From contig CAVSGP010000004.1 in the NCBI GenBank assembly GCA_963727505.1, positions 416,001 through 480,000 of the forward strand: 64,000 nt of DNA. The letters are read 5' to 3'. Below the pieces are notes generated by a model. The model was given only the letters and a program-made list of their open reading frames with translations, ran no database searches and was not told the DNA's origin. This stretch comes from an uncultured Trueperaceae bacterium. GTDB taxonomy: Bacteria > Deinococcota > Deinococci > Deinococcales > Trueperaceae. A program made the translations under genes and the position numbers. Below, in pieces: positions 21,350 through 33,472 of this stretch. Position 1 is the stretch's first letter, and every line of letters starts with the position of its first letter.

Positions 21350-22489
21350 ATGACCGTGATGTCGATTCTCCACACCTCCGTCCTGGGCAACGACCTCCTG
21401 CGCTGGCTCATCGGGCTGGCCGTTGCGGTAGGCAGCTACTTCACTCTGCGCACCGTCAGAGGCCTGGTGCGGCGACGCCTGGCCCGCCTCGCCGAGCGCA
21501 CCTCCTTCGCGTTCGACGACGTGGTGGTGAGCGTCCTGGGGGCCACGCACACGATCACGTTCCTGGCCGCCGCCGTCTATCTGGGCTCGCAGGCGCTCAT
21601 CGTCGGAGGCCGCGCCCACGAGATGATCGCGCGCGGCTTCGTGGTGGTCCTGCTGATCCAGTTCGCGCTGTGGGCCAACCGGGCGCTGCAAGCGCTGTTG
21701 GACCGCTATCACGCTGACGAATCGCTCGGCCCCGGAAGGCGCACGGGCCTGGCCGCCATCGGCTTCGTGGGGCGATTGGTGCTGTTCACGCTGGTGCTGC
21801 TGCTGGCACTGGAGAACCTCGGCATCCACGTGAACACACTCCTCGCGGGACTGGGCATCAGCTCGCTGGCGGTAGCGCTGGCGTTGCAGAACGTCCTCGG
21901 CGACCTCTTCGCCTCGCTGTCGATCGTGTTCGACAAACCCTTCGAGATCGGCGACTTCATCATCGTCGACCAGCACCTCGGGACCGTCGAGCACGTCGGG
22001 CTGCGCACCACGCGCATCCGCAGCCTGTCCGGCGAGCAGCTGGTGTTCTCCAACAACGACCTCATCAAGGCGCGCGTCCGCAACTTCAAGCGCATGGCCG
22101 AGCGCCGCGTGTTGTTCTCGGTGGGCGTCACCTACGACACGCCGCGCGAGAAGGTGGCGCGCATCGCGGGCACCATCCGAGGGATCGTCGAGGCCGAGGA
22201 GAAGGTGCGCTTCGACCGCAGCCACTTCAAGGAGTTCGGGGCCTTCTCGCTCAACTTCGAGACGGTGTACTGGGTGCTCGATCCCGACTACACGCTGTAC
22301 ATGGACATCCAGCAGCGCATCAACCTCGCCATCATGGACGCCTTCCAGAGCGAGGGCATCGAGTTCGCCTTCCCCACCCAGACGCTCTTCCTCGAGGGCG
22401 GCGAGAACCCGCCGGCGTTGGCGCCGGCGAGCCGCTCCGAGTGGGCGGCCGCGGCCGATGTCGGAGGCGAGGGAGCCGGCGCCCAGTGA
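21350..22489 (+). CDS. Small-conductance mechanosensitive channel (MscS family)
   Basis: TM helices, LLAGLGI..LAVALALQNVLGDLFAS, DKPFEIGDFI, GLRTTRIRSLSGE, GIEFAFPTQ. Confidence 0.93.
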   Translation: MTVMSILHTSVLGNDLLRWLIGLAVAVGSYFTLRTVRGLVRRRLARLAERTSFAFDDVVVSVLGATHTITFLAAAVYLGSQALIVGGRAHEMIARGFVVVLLIQFALWANRALQALLDRYHADESLGPGRRTGLAAIGFVGRLVLFTLVLLLALENLGIHVNTLLAGLGISSLAVALALQNVLGDLFASLSIVFDKPFEIGDFIIVDQHLGTVEHVGLRTTRIRSLSGEQLVFSNNDLIKARVRNFKRMAERRVLFSVGVTYDTPREKVARIAGTIRGIVEAEEKVRFDRSHFKEFGAFSLNFETVYWVLDPDYTLYMDIQQRINLAIMDAFQSEGIEFAFPTQTLFLEGGENPPALAPASRSEWAAAADVGGEGAGAQ

Positions 22490-22496
22490 GTTCGTC

Positions 22497-24092
22497 CTAG
22501 TCAGTCGACCCGGGCGGTCTGGCGACCGAAGCCGGGCGCGTCGGCGGGCCGGCGCCCTCGGTCGCCGGCACCATGGCCAGGGCGGCGTTCGCCGCATTCC
22601 GACCCGACAGCAGCGCCAGCGGGATGCCCCCGCCAGGATGCACCGTGCCGCCAGCCAGGATCAGGTTCGTCACGCCGCGCACACGCGGGGCGGGCCGCAA
22701 CGCGCTCAGCAGTCCGGTCGGAGCGGGCCCGTAGATGCTTCCCCGGTGGCCCGTGGCGGAGAGCTGGCGAGGACCCACCAGGCGCCAGCCGCGCACGCGT
22801 TCCGGCCGGAGTCCGGCCCGCGCACACAGGGCGCCCAGCACGTGCGCCGCATAGGCGGTCTCGGCCGCAGTCGCCGGCCCGCCGTCGACGTCCCGGAGCG
22901 AAAGTAGCGCTCGGGGCGGCGTAGGATCGCTTCGAAGGCCGTCGGGCAGAGCGGCCGCCAGCGGATCCTGCGGGGGGTCCGAAGCGTCGGCCTCGGGCAG
23001 GGGCGGCACGTTCACCATCACGAACCAGTTCTCGTGCCCCGCGGGCGCGTCGTCGGCGTCACTGCGGGCGCTGACGCTCAGATAGAGGGTGGGATCGCCC
23101 GGGAGGCGGCCCGCGCGCAGCGCCGCGAACTCCGCCGGGTAGGCATGGGGGAAGAGCACCGTGTGGTGAGCGCCCTCCCGCTCCGCGCCCGCAACGCCGA
23201 GCAGCAGCACGAAGCCCGACGAGCTCGCGGCTGCGCGGGGACGCGGCACGTCCCTGCCGACGAGGCGATGGGAGACCACGCGGTCCGCGGCACTCACCAC
23301 GGCATCGACCTCGAGAACGCCGTCCGAGGTGCGGACGGCACGCACCCGGCCGCGTTCGACGACGAGCCCCTCGACCGCGACCCCCGTCTCGAGGCGCGCG
23401 CCCCGAGCCTGCGCCTCCGTTGCCAGCGCGCGCACCAGCGTCCCCACCCCGCCCCTCAGGTGGACCGTCCCGAGCCCCAGCTCGGCCCAGGCGATGTTCA
23501 GGAGCACCGCCGGCGCACGGTAGGGATCGGCACCAGCGTAGGTCGCGAAGCGCAGGAAGAACGCCTCCAGATCCGCGTCCGCCCCGCGACGACGGACGTG
23601 CTGCGCCATGGAGCGCAACGGGTAGGCGCGCCTGCCGTGGGCCAGCCCGTAGCGAAGGAGCGCCGCCAGCCCAGGCTCGGGACCGTACACGAAGGTGGGT
23701 GCAGCGTCCTCGAAGAGGTGCCGGGCGTCATCGAGCAGCTCGGCGTAGGCGCGCCTCTGCCCGGCGGGCAGCCCCGCCAGCGTCCGGTCGGCGTCCCGGT
23801 GCACGTCCCACGTCCGGCCCGATGGCAACCGGTAGCGCGTCAGCGGGTCGAGTGCCGCCATCGATGGTGGGGTCGCACCCACCTCGGTGAAGGTCCGGGC
23901 GAGGACGTCGGGCAGCGTCACCACGGTGGGACCGGTGTCGAAACGGTAGCCGTCCAGCCGGAGCTCGTGCGCCTTGCCTCCGAGATGGCGCGCTCGCTCG
24001 AACAGCACAACCTCCACGCCGCGCGACGCCAATCGGAGCGCCGCCGACAGGCCGGCCAGGCCGCCCCCGACGACGGCGACGCGCGAGCTCAC
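22497..24092 (-). CDS. crtD: CrtI-family carotenoid desaturase, probably C-3',4' desaturase CrtD
   Basis: [75 protein letters not shown] overlap with cruC. CrtD versus CrtI is inferred from motif flavour. Confidence 0.78.
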   Translation of the reverse strand: MSSRVAVVGGGLAGLSAALRLASRGVEVVLFERARHLGGKAHELRLDGYRFDTGPTVVTLPDVLARTFTEVGATPPSMAALDPLTRYRLPSGRTWDVHRDADRTLAGLPAGQRRAYAELLDDARHLFEDAAPTFVYGPEPGLAALLRYGLAHGRRAYPLRSMAQHVRRRGADADLEAFFLRFATYAGADPYRAPAVLLNIAWAELGLGTVHLRGGVGTLVRALATEAQARGARLETGVAVEGLVVERGRVRAVRTSDGVLEVDAVVSAADRVVSHRLVGRDVPRPRAAASSSGFVLLLGVAGAEREGAHHTVLFPHAYPAEFAALRAGRLPGDPTLYLSVSARSDADDAPAGHENWFVMVNVPPLPEADASDPPQDPLAAALPDGLRSDPTPPRALLSLRDVDGGPATAAETAYAAHVLGALCARAGLRPERVRGWRLVGPRQLSATGHRGSIYGPAPTGLLSALRPAPRVRGVTNLILAGGTVHPGGGIPLALLSGRNAANAALAMVPATEGAGPPTRPASVARPPGSTD

Positions 24093-25207
24093 GGGTAGCG
24101 CCGCGCCTTCCAGACCACACCGCTGCGCGTCAGCGCCCGTCCGGCGATGAGGGCCAATGCCAGCGGCGCCAGCGCCTGCAGCGGCGTGTCCCACGGGTCG
24201 CGACCGGCCTTGCGCTCGCTCCCGTAGCGCAGCGCCAGCGATAGCGCGCCGACCACCAGCCAGCGCGCGTCGAGCAGCGCCAGCGGCCAGCACAGGCTGT
24301 GCGCCAACAGGTTGAGGCCCACCAGCGCCGCCAGCGCGGCGCGCCGTCCTCCGACCGCCGCCAGCACGTTCTTGCCGAACCCTTCCATCACGCCCTGCCA
24401 CGAGCGGTACATGCGGGTCTCGAGCAGCGGCGCGCCGAGCCGGAGCGACAACCGCAACCCCAGCCCCTTGGCGCGCCGAGCCAGCGCCATGTCCTCGAGC
24501 ACCTCGGTCCTCACAGAAGCGTGACCGCCGACGCGGGCGTAGGCCCCACGGCGCCAGGCCATCAGTTGCCCGTTCGCCGCCGCGAGCGAGGCCTGCGGCA
24601 ACGCCGCGGCCAGCGGCCAGGGCAGGGCGCCCAGCAACAGCAGGTCGAGCTGCGGCACGGCCACCCGCTCGCCCAGGCCGACCGTGCGCTGCCGTGGCCA
24701 GGCGGTCACCAGGTCGGCGCGCGCCTCGCGCAACACCGCCAGCACCGCGTCCAGCGAGCCGGGCCGCCAGTGCACGTCGGCGTCGGTGAAGACCAGGACC
24801 TCCCCGCGGGCGGCGGCCGCAAGTTGCGTACAGGCCCAGCTCTTGCCGATCCAGCCGGCCGGCAAGGGCAGGCCCGTCAACACCCGCAACTCCGGATGCC
24901 TGGCCGCGATCGCGGCCAGGATGGCGGCGGTGCCGTCGGTCGAGCCGTCGTCGAGCACCACCACCTCCCCCGCGCCCTGCGCCAGCAGCGCGGGCAGCGT
25001 CTCGGGCAGGTTGATGGCCTCGTCGCGCGCCGGCACCAACAGGGAGGTGCGGGCACGCAGTGCGCGGTCCGCGGGAGCGGGGCGCAGGTGGGGGAAGCTG
25101 ACGGCGTTCACCGCAAGAACGACGAGCTGCGCCCCCAGGAAGGCCAGCGCCAACACCCAGCCCACCGTCAAGACGAGCGTCGAGACGACCGGCCAGGCCA
25201 CTGTCAT
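24089..25207 (-). CDS. cruC: Carotenoid glycosyltransferase (GT2, CruC-like)
   Basis: N-terminal [54 protein letters not shown] overlap with the upstream ORF. Confidence 0.85.
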   Translation of the reverse strand: MTVAWPVVSTLVLTVGWVLALAFLGAQLVVLAVNAVSFPHLRPAPADRALRARTSLLVPARDEAINLPETLPALLAQGAGEVVVLDDGSTDGTAAILAAIAARHPELRVLTGLPLPAGWIGKSWACTQLAAAARGEVLVFTDADVHWRPGSLDAVLAVLREARADLVTAWPRQRTVGLGERVAVPQLDLLLLGALPWPLAAALPQASLAAANGQLMAWRRGAYARVGGHASVRTEVLEDMALARRAKGLGLRLSLRLGAPLLETRMYRSWQGVMEGFGKNVLAAVGGRRAALAALVGLNLLAHSLCWPLALLDARWLVVGALSLALRYGSERKAGRDPWDTPLQALAPLALALIAGRALTRSGVVWKARRYP

Positions 25208-27160
25208 CCCGCTTCCCGCCCCCACAGGCGCACGCCCCAGGCGAGCCTGCGATCGGTCGAGGCCCGACCGGACAGCCACCGGGTGTAGCCCGCAGGGGGC
25301 GCTTCCGGGTCGGCGGCCGCCAGATCGGCGTCCAGGCTCCGCACCAGCACGTCCAGCGCGTCGGCGAGCGCGCGCTCCAGGTCGGGCGCGTCGGGAGCGA
25401 GGGCGGCACCGAAGCGCAGGAACGCCTCCGGGCGCTGCTGTCCGCGCACGGATACCCGAACGGCGACGGGGACGAGCGGCCGCCTCGCGCGGTTGGCGAG
25501 GAACGCCGCGCCGGGCGCCAGCGCCGCCGGTGGGCCCGACGGCCGCAGCGCCGCCTCGGGGAACACCGCTACCAGGTGCCCCGCCGCCAGCCGTCTCAGA
25601 GCCTCGCGCAGCTCCTGCGCGCCGATGGCGCCCTGGCGCCGGAGGAAGGGGAAGCGCCCGAGCTGGGCCTCGTTCATCAAGACGGTGAAGGGTCGGCGCC
25701 GGCGCCGCGCCAGCAGATAGAGCAGGTAGCCGTCCCACCAGGAGTGGTGGTTCGCCGCCAGGACCACGCCATCTCCTGGCAGCGCTCCCTCGTCGCGCGC
25801 CCACACTCCGACGAGTCCGCGCCGGAGCGAGCGCGCCACGATCCCAGGGATCGTCCAGCCGATCCCGACCGTCAGCGCACGGGCCAGGACGGACCGCAGG
25901 CGCCGCCCCCCGAGGGTACCCGCGACCACGGCCGTCATCGCCGCGGCAGCGAGGAACCCGGCGATCGGGAGGCCGACCAGCGCCAGGCCCGCGCCGATGA
26001 AGGCGGCCTGCGACAGATAGACGGTGCGCGCCTCGGCCGGCCGGCCCGTGCCGAGCCCGGGAGCGATGCGAAGCAGCAGCGCCGCCAGCCCGGCCCCGGC
26101 CAGGGCCCAGCCCAAGAAGTTCTGCAGCGGGACGCCGAAGTAGGCGCCGGCGGGCTCGAAGCGCCATAGCCCCTGGCGCACCATCAGCGGATCGAGCCCG
26201 GCGTCCCACGCCACCAGCGCCCCTACCGCCCCCCACCAGCGGCGCCGGCCGGGGACGAGCTGCACCGCGAGGACCGTGAACGTGAACCAGCCGAGCGGCA
26301 CCAGCAGGGGGACGCCAAGCAGGGCGGGCCCCGCAGCGAGGTAGCGGTAGGGACCGAAGGGCAGGCCGGTGCGGCTGCCGAGCAGCTCGACCGCCCACCC
26401 GAAGGCCAGGGCCACGGCCGCCGCCGGGATCGCGCGCGGACCGGCCCGCTCGAGCGCCAGCCCGAACACGCCGGCGGCAAGCAGGCCGGTGCTCAGGTAG
26501 GCGAGCGGAACGAAGGCCGTGGCGCCCAGAAGTGGGACCGCGATCATGGCGAGCGCCCAGGCCATCAGCGCGACCCGCCACCAGCGCCGCGGCCGAGCCC
26601 CCCGAGTCCCGGGGACCCGTGCTCCCTTCGTGCGCGGTTCCGCGCCACCGACCCTGCTGGCGCCCAACGGACCGCGGCGACTCCGCCACAGCGCACGCAG
26701 GCGCGCCTGCTTCAGGCGCGCCTGAAGCGCTTGCCATCGGGCGGGAGAGCGCTCGTCGAGCACCAGCGTGAGCCCCAGGGTGATCATCAGGTTCGTCGCG
26801 AGGAAGAACACGCCCTCCTCCAGCGGCAGCCCGCCGAGGTGGACGCCGGTCGTCGCCGCCGGGGAGATGGACCAGATGCCGCGTGCCAGGGCGAAGCGAT
26901 CGGCCAGCGAGAGGTAGAGCGTGACGGGCAGCGCCACGGCGAGCAGCAGCCACCAGCGGCGCGCCAGCAGGTCGCCGCCGAAGCCCCATTGCAGCGCCAG
27001 AACGGGACCGGCCCACACCAGCACCAGGCCCAGGTAGAGCCCGTGCGGGAAGGCCAGCAGCAGCGCCCCCGCCGCCCCCACGGCACCGAACGCGACGGCG
27101 CCCGCCGTCCGTACAGCCCGGCCCCGGCCCGGGAAGTCCGCGCTGCCAGCGGTGTCGGGC
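25204..27160 (-). CDS. Downstream part of fused lycopene cyclase (second domain) + carotenoid 1,2-hydratase CruF + acyltransferase CruD
   Basis: One open frame contains D..A...GIW.I....[13 protein letters not shown] (cyclase), [41 protein letters not shown] (CruF) and [11 protein letters not shown] (acyltransferase). Confidence 0.8.
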
Positions 27161-27475
27161 GGGCGGCGACAGGGCGGGCCGCCACAGCGCAGCCAGCCAC
27201 AGCCCCGTCAGCAGCGTTTGCAGCACGAAGAAGAGGTACTCCTCGATGGGCACGTAGCCCAGCGCGAACCATACGCGCCCCGGCGGGTAGCTCCATACAC
27301 CGCGCGCCACCAGGAAGTTGTCCCAGGGCGTGGTGTAGACCAGGGCGATGGCCACCATCGCCGCCAGGGCGGGACCCAGCCTCCGGGGCGCGGACGCCCG
27401 CCGGGAGCGGTGGTATGCGAGCAGCGCGAGCAACGGGGGCACCACGAACAGCAGGTGGAAGGTCAGGTAGGTCAT
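27160..27475 (-). CDS. Lycopene cyclase first domain (CrtYc-like), frameshifted relative to the downstream part
   Basis: [10 protein letters not shown]...[18 protein letters not shown]...[15 protein letters not shown]; coding sense moves to the +1 frame near 27160 with no stop codon. Confidence 0.8.
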
Positions 27476-27482
27476 CGGGGGA

Positions 27483-29039
<1,557 letters not shown>

Positions 29040-29094
29040 CGACCCGTCCCGCCCTCACCGGCGCCGACGCCGGGCTGCGGGCCGCGCCCGCGCC

Positions 29095-30072
29095 TCACGG
29101 CGCCTGCACCAGAGCGAGCAGCGCCCGCGGCAATGTCGCCAGCCGCTCCACGCCGCGCAGGTGCGCCCGGCGGCTCAGGTTGTCGTAGCCGTTCGCCCGC
29201 AGCTTGCCGAGGATGGCCTGGTAGTTGAGCGCCGCGAGCGCCACGGCCGCGGCCGAGAGCCCTCGCAGCCGGGGGATGCCCTCCCAGGCCTCGCGGTAGA
29301 GCTCGTCTGCGCGCGCGGCCAGCTCCTCGAGCAAGCCACGGTAGGCGGCATCCACCCGGCCGCGCTGCAGTGCCTGGACGGAGACCCCGTGACGTTGCAG
29401 CAGCGTGCGAGGAAGGTAGCAGCGCCCCAGGCGCAGGTCCTCGCCGACGTCGCGAAGGATGTTGGTGAGCTGCATCGCCTGGCCCAGCGCCACGGCCCGC
29501 GCGAGCGTGTCCTCCCCACCTCGGTAACCTGCGATCGGCGCCACCAGCAGACCCACCACCCCCGCGACGCGGTAGCAGTAGGCCATGAGCTCGTCGTCGT
29601 CGGCCAGGACGTGCACGCGGCCTTCAGCCGCCGTCTCCTCCCAGGAGAGGTCCTGCTCCAACCCGCGCCGGAGCTCCTCGAAGGCCTGCAGCGGCAGAGG
29701 GTAGCGCTCCAAGACCCAGCGCAGGCCCACTTCGACCGGCGCCGAGGGATCCGGCGTGCCCGCGTAGGCGCGGGCCACGCCCGCCCACCAGGTCTCGAGC
29801 CTTCGGCGCGCCTCGCCGGGCGAGGGCGCTGCGTCGACCGCGTCGTCGCCGGTGCGGCACACGGCGTAGACGACGGTCGCGGCCTCGCGGGCTCCGGGAG
29901 CGAACAGCCTGGAAGCCAGGAAGAAGGTGCTCGAGTGCCTGCGGGTGATGGCGCGGCAACCGGCGAACGCCGCGCGCAGCGCGGGGTCCGTGCCCCGCCG
30001 CCTCCGCCGAAGCGCTGAACGCCGTCCGCGAGCGGACGCTCCCCACCCGAATCCCAGTCCCGGTTCGACCAT
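29095..30072 (-). CDS. crtB: Phytoene synthase
   Basis: HSSTFFLASRLF, YAVCRTGDDAVD, YCYRVAGVVGL, LGQAMQLTNILRDVGED...GRCYLP. Confidence 0.94.
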   Translation of the reverse strand: MVEPGLGFGWGASARGRRSALRRRRRGTDPALRAAFAGCRAITRRHSSTFFLASRLFAPGAREAATVVYAVCRTGDDAVDAAPSPGEARRRLETWWAGVARAYAGTPDPSAPVEVGLRWVLERYPLPLQAFEELRRGLEQDLSWEETAAEGRVHVLADDDELMAYCYRVAGVVGLLVAPIAGYRGGEDTLARAVALGQAMQLTNILRDVGEDLRLGRCYLPRTLLQRHGVSVQALQRGRVDAAYRGLLEELAARADELYREAWEGIPRLRGLSAAAVALAALNYQAILGKLRANGYDNLSRRAHLRGVERLATLPRALLALVQAP

Positions 30073-30147
30073 GCGCCAAAGCTAGCGCGGGTCCGCGTCT
30101 GCCAATAGGAGCGGGAACCAAATCCCGCCGGAGGCTCGTCGGCGGGG

Positions 30148-31365
30148 TCAGGTCCGGGCGAAGCGCCGCTCGACGTACTCGTCGAGCATGCGGTTGAAGT
30201 CCTCCACGATGGTGTCGCCCTGCAGGGTGCCGACCAGCTTGCCGTCACGGTAGACCGGCGCCCGTGGGGTCTCGCCGGTGCCGGGCAGGCTGATCCCGAT
30301 ATCGGCGTGCTTCGACTCCCCCGGACCGTTCACGACGCACCCCATCACCGCCACCCGGAGCTCCTCGACCCCGGGGTAGCGCTCGCGCCACGACGGCATC
30401 TGGGCACGCAGGTAGGCCTGGATATCGCGCGCCATCTCCTGGAAAAGGGTGCTGGTGGTGCGGCCGCAACCGGGGCAGGCGGTCACCGTCGGCGCGAAGC
30501 TCCGCAGACCGAGCGCCTGCAGGATCTCCTGGGCGATCTCGACCTCCCGCTCGCGCGGCGCGCCGGGATCGGGCGTGAGCGACACCCGGATGGTGTCCCC
30601 GATGCCCTCGGCGAGGAGCGCGCTGAGCGCCGCGCTGCTCGACACCGCCCCCTTGACGCCCATGCCGGCCTCCGTGAGGCCGAGATGCAACGGGTAATCG
30701 CAACGCGCCGCCAGCTTGCGGTAGACGTCCCACAGGGCCCGAACACCCGATACCTTGGCGCTCAGGATGATGGCGTCGTGCGGCAGGCCCCGCTCCTCGG
30801 CGAGCTCGGCCGACAGCAGCGCCGACTGCAGCATCGCCTCCACCAGGACCTCGCTGGCGTCCCACGGGTCGTGGCGCCGGGCGTTCTCGTCCATCAGGCG
30901 GGTGAGCAGGTCCGAGTCGAGCGAGCCCCAGTTGACGCCGATGCGCACCGACTTGGCGTGCTCGCGAGCGACGTCGATGATGGCGAGGAAGTTGTCGTCG
31001 CGACGCTTCCCCACCCCGACGTTGCCCGGGTTGATGCGGTACTTGTCCAGCAGCTCCGCGGCCGCGGGGTGCGCCGTCAACAACTTGTGGCCGTTGTAGT
31101 GGAAGTCGCCCACCAGCGGCACCTCGACGCCCGCATCCTGCAGGCGCGCGCGGACCTCCGGGAGCGCCTCCGCAGCCGCGTCGTTGTTGACCGTCACGCG
31201 CACGATCTCGCTGCCGGCGCGGGCCAGCGTCGCCACCTGCTCGGCGGTAGCCGCCGCGTCGGCGGTGTCGGTGTTGGTCATGGACTGGACGACCACGGGG
31301 TGATCGCCGCCGACCGGGACGGACCCGACGCGGACCGTGGGAGTATGTCGGCGCGTGCTGCTCAT
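30148..31365 (-). CDS. ispG: (E)-4-hydroxy-3-methylbut-2-enyl-diphosphate synthase
   Basis: [64 protein letters not shown]. Confidence 0.97.
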   Translation of the reverse strand: MSSTRRHTPTVRVGSVPVGGDHPVVVQSMTNTDTADAAATAEQVATLARAGSEIVRVTVNNDAAAEALPEVRARLQDAGVEVPLVGDFHYNGHKLLTAHPAAAELLDKYRINPGNVGVGKRRDDNFLAIIDVAREHAKSVRIGVNWGSLDSDLLTRLMDENARRHDPWDASEVLVEAMLQSALLSAELAEERGLPHDAIILSAKVSGVRALWDVYRKLAARCDYPLHLGLTEAGMGVKGAVSSSAALSALLAEGIGDTIRVSLTPDPGAPREREVEIAQEILQALGLRSFAPTVTACPGCGRTTSTLFQEMARDIQAYLRAQMPSWRERYPGVEELRVAVMGCVVNGPGESKHADIGISLPGTGETPRAPVYRDGKLVGTLQGDTIVEDFNRMLDEYVERRFART

Positions 31366-31440
31366 CGGTTCAGTCTACCGGCGTCCGGCGCGCGCCCTGT
31401 GGTCCGCACGCCACCATCGCGCGCCTCGGCACGTGGCCCT

Positions 31441-32217
31441 TCACGCCTCCCCCGACTCGTCCCGGATACGCTCCAACACCTCGGGCAGCAACGTTCGCGT
31501 GGTGCTGATGGCCTCGCCGCCATGGATGGTCTCGCGGCCCGACCAGTCTCCGAAGTAGCCGCCCGCCTCGGGCAGGATGATCCCGAAGGGGCCGCAATCC
31601 CAGGGGTTCATGACGGGATCGAGCATGAGCTCGAGCCGTCCGCTGGCCACCAGCGCGTGCCCGTAGGCATCGCCCCAGCCGACGGCCGCGTAGCTGGCGG
31701 CCTGCAGCCTCTGCCACGCGCCCTCCCGGCCGTGCCGCGCGAAGCTTCCGGGGTCGGTGCAGGAGACGAAGGCGCGCTCCAGCGACGGCGTGGCCGCCAC
31801 CCGGATGCGCCGCCCGTCGAGGAAGGCGCCGCGCCCGCGCGCCGCGAAGACCATCTCGTCGAGAGCCGGGAAGTACGCGGCGCCCACGTCGATGCGGCCC
31901 TCGACCTCGAGAGCGATGAGCACGGCGTAGAGCGGCACGCCTCGCAGGAAGCTCTTGGTCCCGTCGATCGGATCCACCCACCAGCTCCGTCCGCTACGGG
32001 AGCGCTCCTCGCCGTACTCCTCGCCACGGATGCCGTCGTCGGGGAAGGCAGCGTGCAGGCGCTCCCGGATGAGCTCCTCCGCGGCGCGATCGGCCGCCGT
32101 CACGGGGCTGTCGTCCGCCTTGTACTCGGCCTCCACGCCCGTCCGGAAGCTCGCCAGCGTCTGCCTGCCCGCCTCGTAGGCGGTGCGGATCGCGACGTCG
32201 AGGGGATCCTCTGCCAT
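31441..32217 (-). CDS. Inositol monophosphatase family, probable histidinol-phosphate phosphatase HisN
   Basis: K.DDSPVT.AD, GEEYG, WVDPIDGTKSFLRGVP, GDAYG..LVASG, PWD. Confidence 0.87.
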   Translation of the reverse strand: MAEDPLDVAIRTAYEAGRQTLASFRTGVEAEYKADDSPVTAADRAAEELIRERLHAAFPDDGIRGEEYGEERSRSGRSWWVDPIDGTKSFLRGVPLYAVLIALEVEGRIDVGAAYFPALDEMVFAARGRGAFLDGRRIRVAATPSLERAFVSCTDPGSFARHGREGAWQRLQAASYAAVGWGDAYGHALVASGRLELMLDPVMNPWDCGPFGIILPEAGGYFGDWSGRETIHGGEAISTTRTLLPEVLERIRDESGEA

Positions 32218-32304
32218 GCTCAACCTCCCTTTCCGGCCCGCGGCGCCTGGGGCGCGCAGGGCCGGAAGTCACGCCTACCACGCGAATGGTACGATACGCC
32301 CATC

Positions 32305-33453
32305 ATGCTCTACGAGCGCGCCCTGCTCGAGGAACGCGAGCTCCGATCCCTCGCACCCTACGCCAGCCTCGCGTCCGCCTCGCGCGGGCGCCTCCACCCG
32401 GAGGCCGAGAGCCGCTACCGCACGGCCTACCAGAAGGACCGCGACCGGGTCATCCACACCAGTGCCTTCCGCCGCCTGGAGTACAAGACGCAGGTCTTCG
32501 TCAACACCCAGGGCGACTATTACCGCACGCGCCTGACGCACACGCTCGAGGTGGTGCAGGTCGGCAAGAGCATCGCGCGGGCGCTCGGGCTCAACGAGGA
32601 CCTCACCGAGACCATCGCGCTGGCACACGACCTGGGCCATCCTCCCTTCGGCCACGCCGGCGAGCGCACGCTCGACCGGCTGACGCAGGCGATCGGCGGT
32701 TTCGACCACAACAAGCAGAGCCTGCGGATCGTCACCGAGCTCGAGCGGCGCTACCCGGCCTTCCCCGGGCTGAACCTGAGCTGGGAGACGCTCGAGGGGA
32801 TCATGAAGCACGAGACCGAGTACGACCTTCCCGACCCCAGCTGGGAGCCGGACCGGCAACCGTCGCTGGAGGCGCAGGTGGTCAACGTCGCCGACGAGCT
32901 GGCCTACAACGCCCACGACCTGGACGACGGCCTGCGCTCGGGCCACCTGTCACCGCGGGACATCGTCGAGGTGCGCGTCGTGCGCGAGCTGATGGATCGG
33001 CTGGGGATCGATCCCCTGAACTTCGCCAACACGCAGCGCTACTACCTCATCCGTGAGTTGCTGGGAGACGTCATCACCGACGCGGCCGAGCACACCCATG
33101 CCCACCTCGTCGAGGTCGGGGTGCTCAACGTCGCGGACGTGCGCGAGGCGCCGGGCAAGCTGGTGTCGACATCCCCGGAGATGCGGGAGAAGCTGGCCGA
33201 GCTGAAGGCCTTCCTGTTCGAGCGCTTCTACTTCCACTACCGCCAGATCCGCATGACCCACAAGGCCGACGCTCTGTTGGAACGCATGTATCTCGCCTAC
33301 GTCGACGCGCCGGACATGCTGCCCTTCGACGTGCAGGCGCAAGCCGAGGCGCTCGGGCTAGAGCGCGCCGTCACCGACTACATCGCCGGCATGACCGACC
33401 GCTATGCCCGCGAGGAGTACCGGCGCCTGTTCGACCCCGACGTGCTGACCTGA
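32305..33453 (+). CDS. dgt: dGTP triphosphohydrolase (HD family)
   Basis: YQKDRDRVIHTSAFRRLEYKTQV, RTRLTHTLEV, AHDLGHPPFGHAGE, DYIAGMTDRYA. Confidence 0.95.
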   Translation: MLYERALLEERELRSLAPYASLASASRGRLHPEAESRYRTAYQKDRDRVIHTSAFRRLEYKTQVFVNTQGDYYRTRLTHTLEVVQVGKSIARALGLNEDLTETIALAHDLGHPPFGHAGERTLDRLTQAIGGFDHNKQSLRIVTELERRYPAFPGLNLSWETLEGIMKHETEYDLPDPSWEPDRQPSLEAQVVNVADELAYNAHDLDDGLRSGHLSPRDIVEVRVVRELMDRLGIDPLNFANTQRYYLIRELLGDVITDAAEHTHAHLVEVGVLNVADVREAPGKLVSTSPEMREKLAELKAFLFERFYFHYRQIRMTHKADALLERMYLAYVDAPDMLPFDVQAQAEALGLERAVTDYIAGMTDRYAREEYRRLFDPDVLT

Positions 33454-33472
33454 GCAGTGGAGCGGCCCGGCA

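Noticed and set aside
22497..25409. 970-aa ORF as a giant desaturase
   Set aside because: The FAD motif begins at GTG 24092; the upstream part is a shadow of cruC.
24089..27475. 1128-aa ORF joining the cyclase N-terminus to the glycosyltransferase
   Set aside because: The middle ~650 aa is Arg/Gly/Ala-rich off-frame text overlapping the real cyclase/CruF/CruD frame. CruC has its own coupled ATG at 25207.
30307..33453. 1048-aa ORF ending in dgt
   Set aside because: The N-terminal two thirds is the antisense of ispG and hisN; the true start is 32305, after a TACGAT -10 element.
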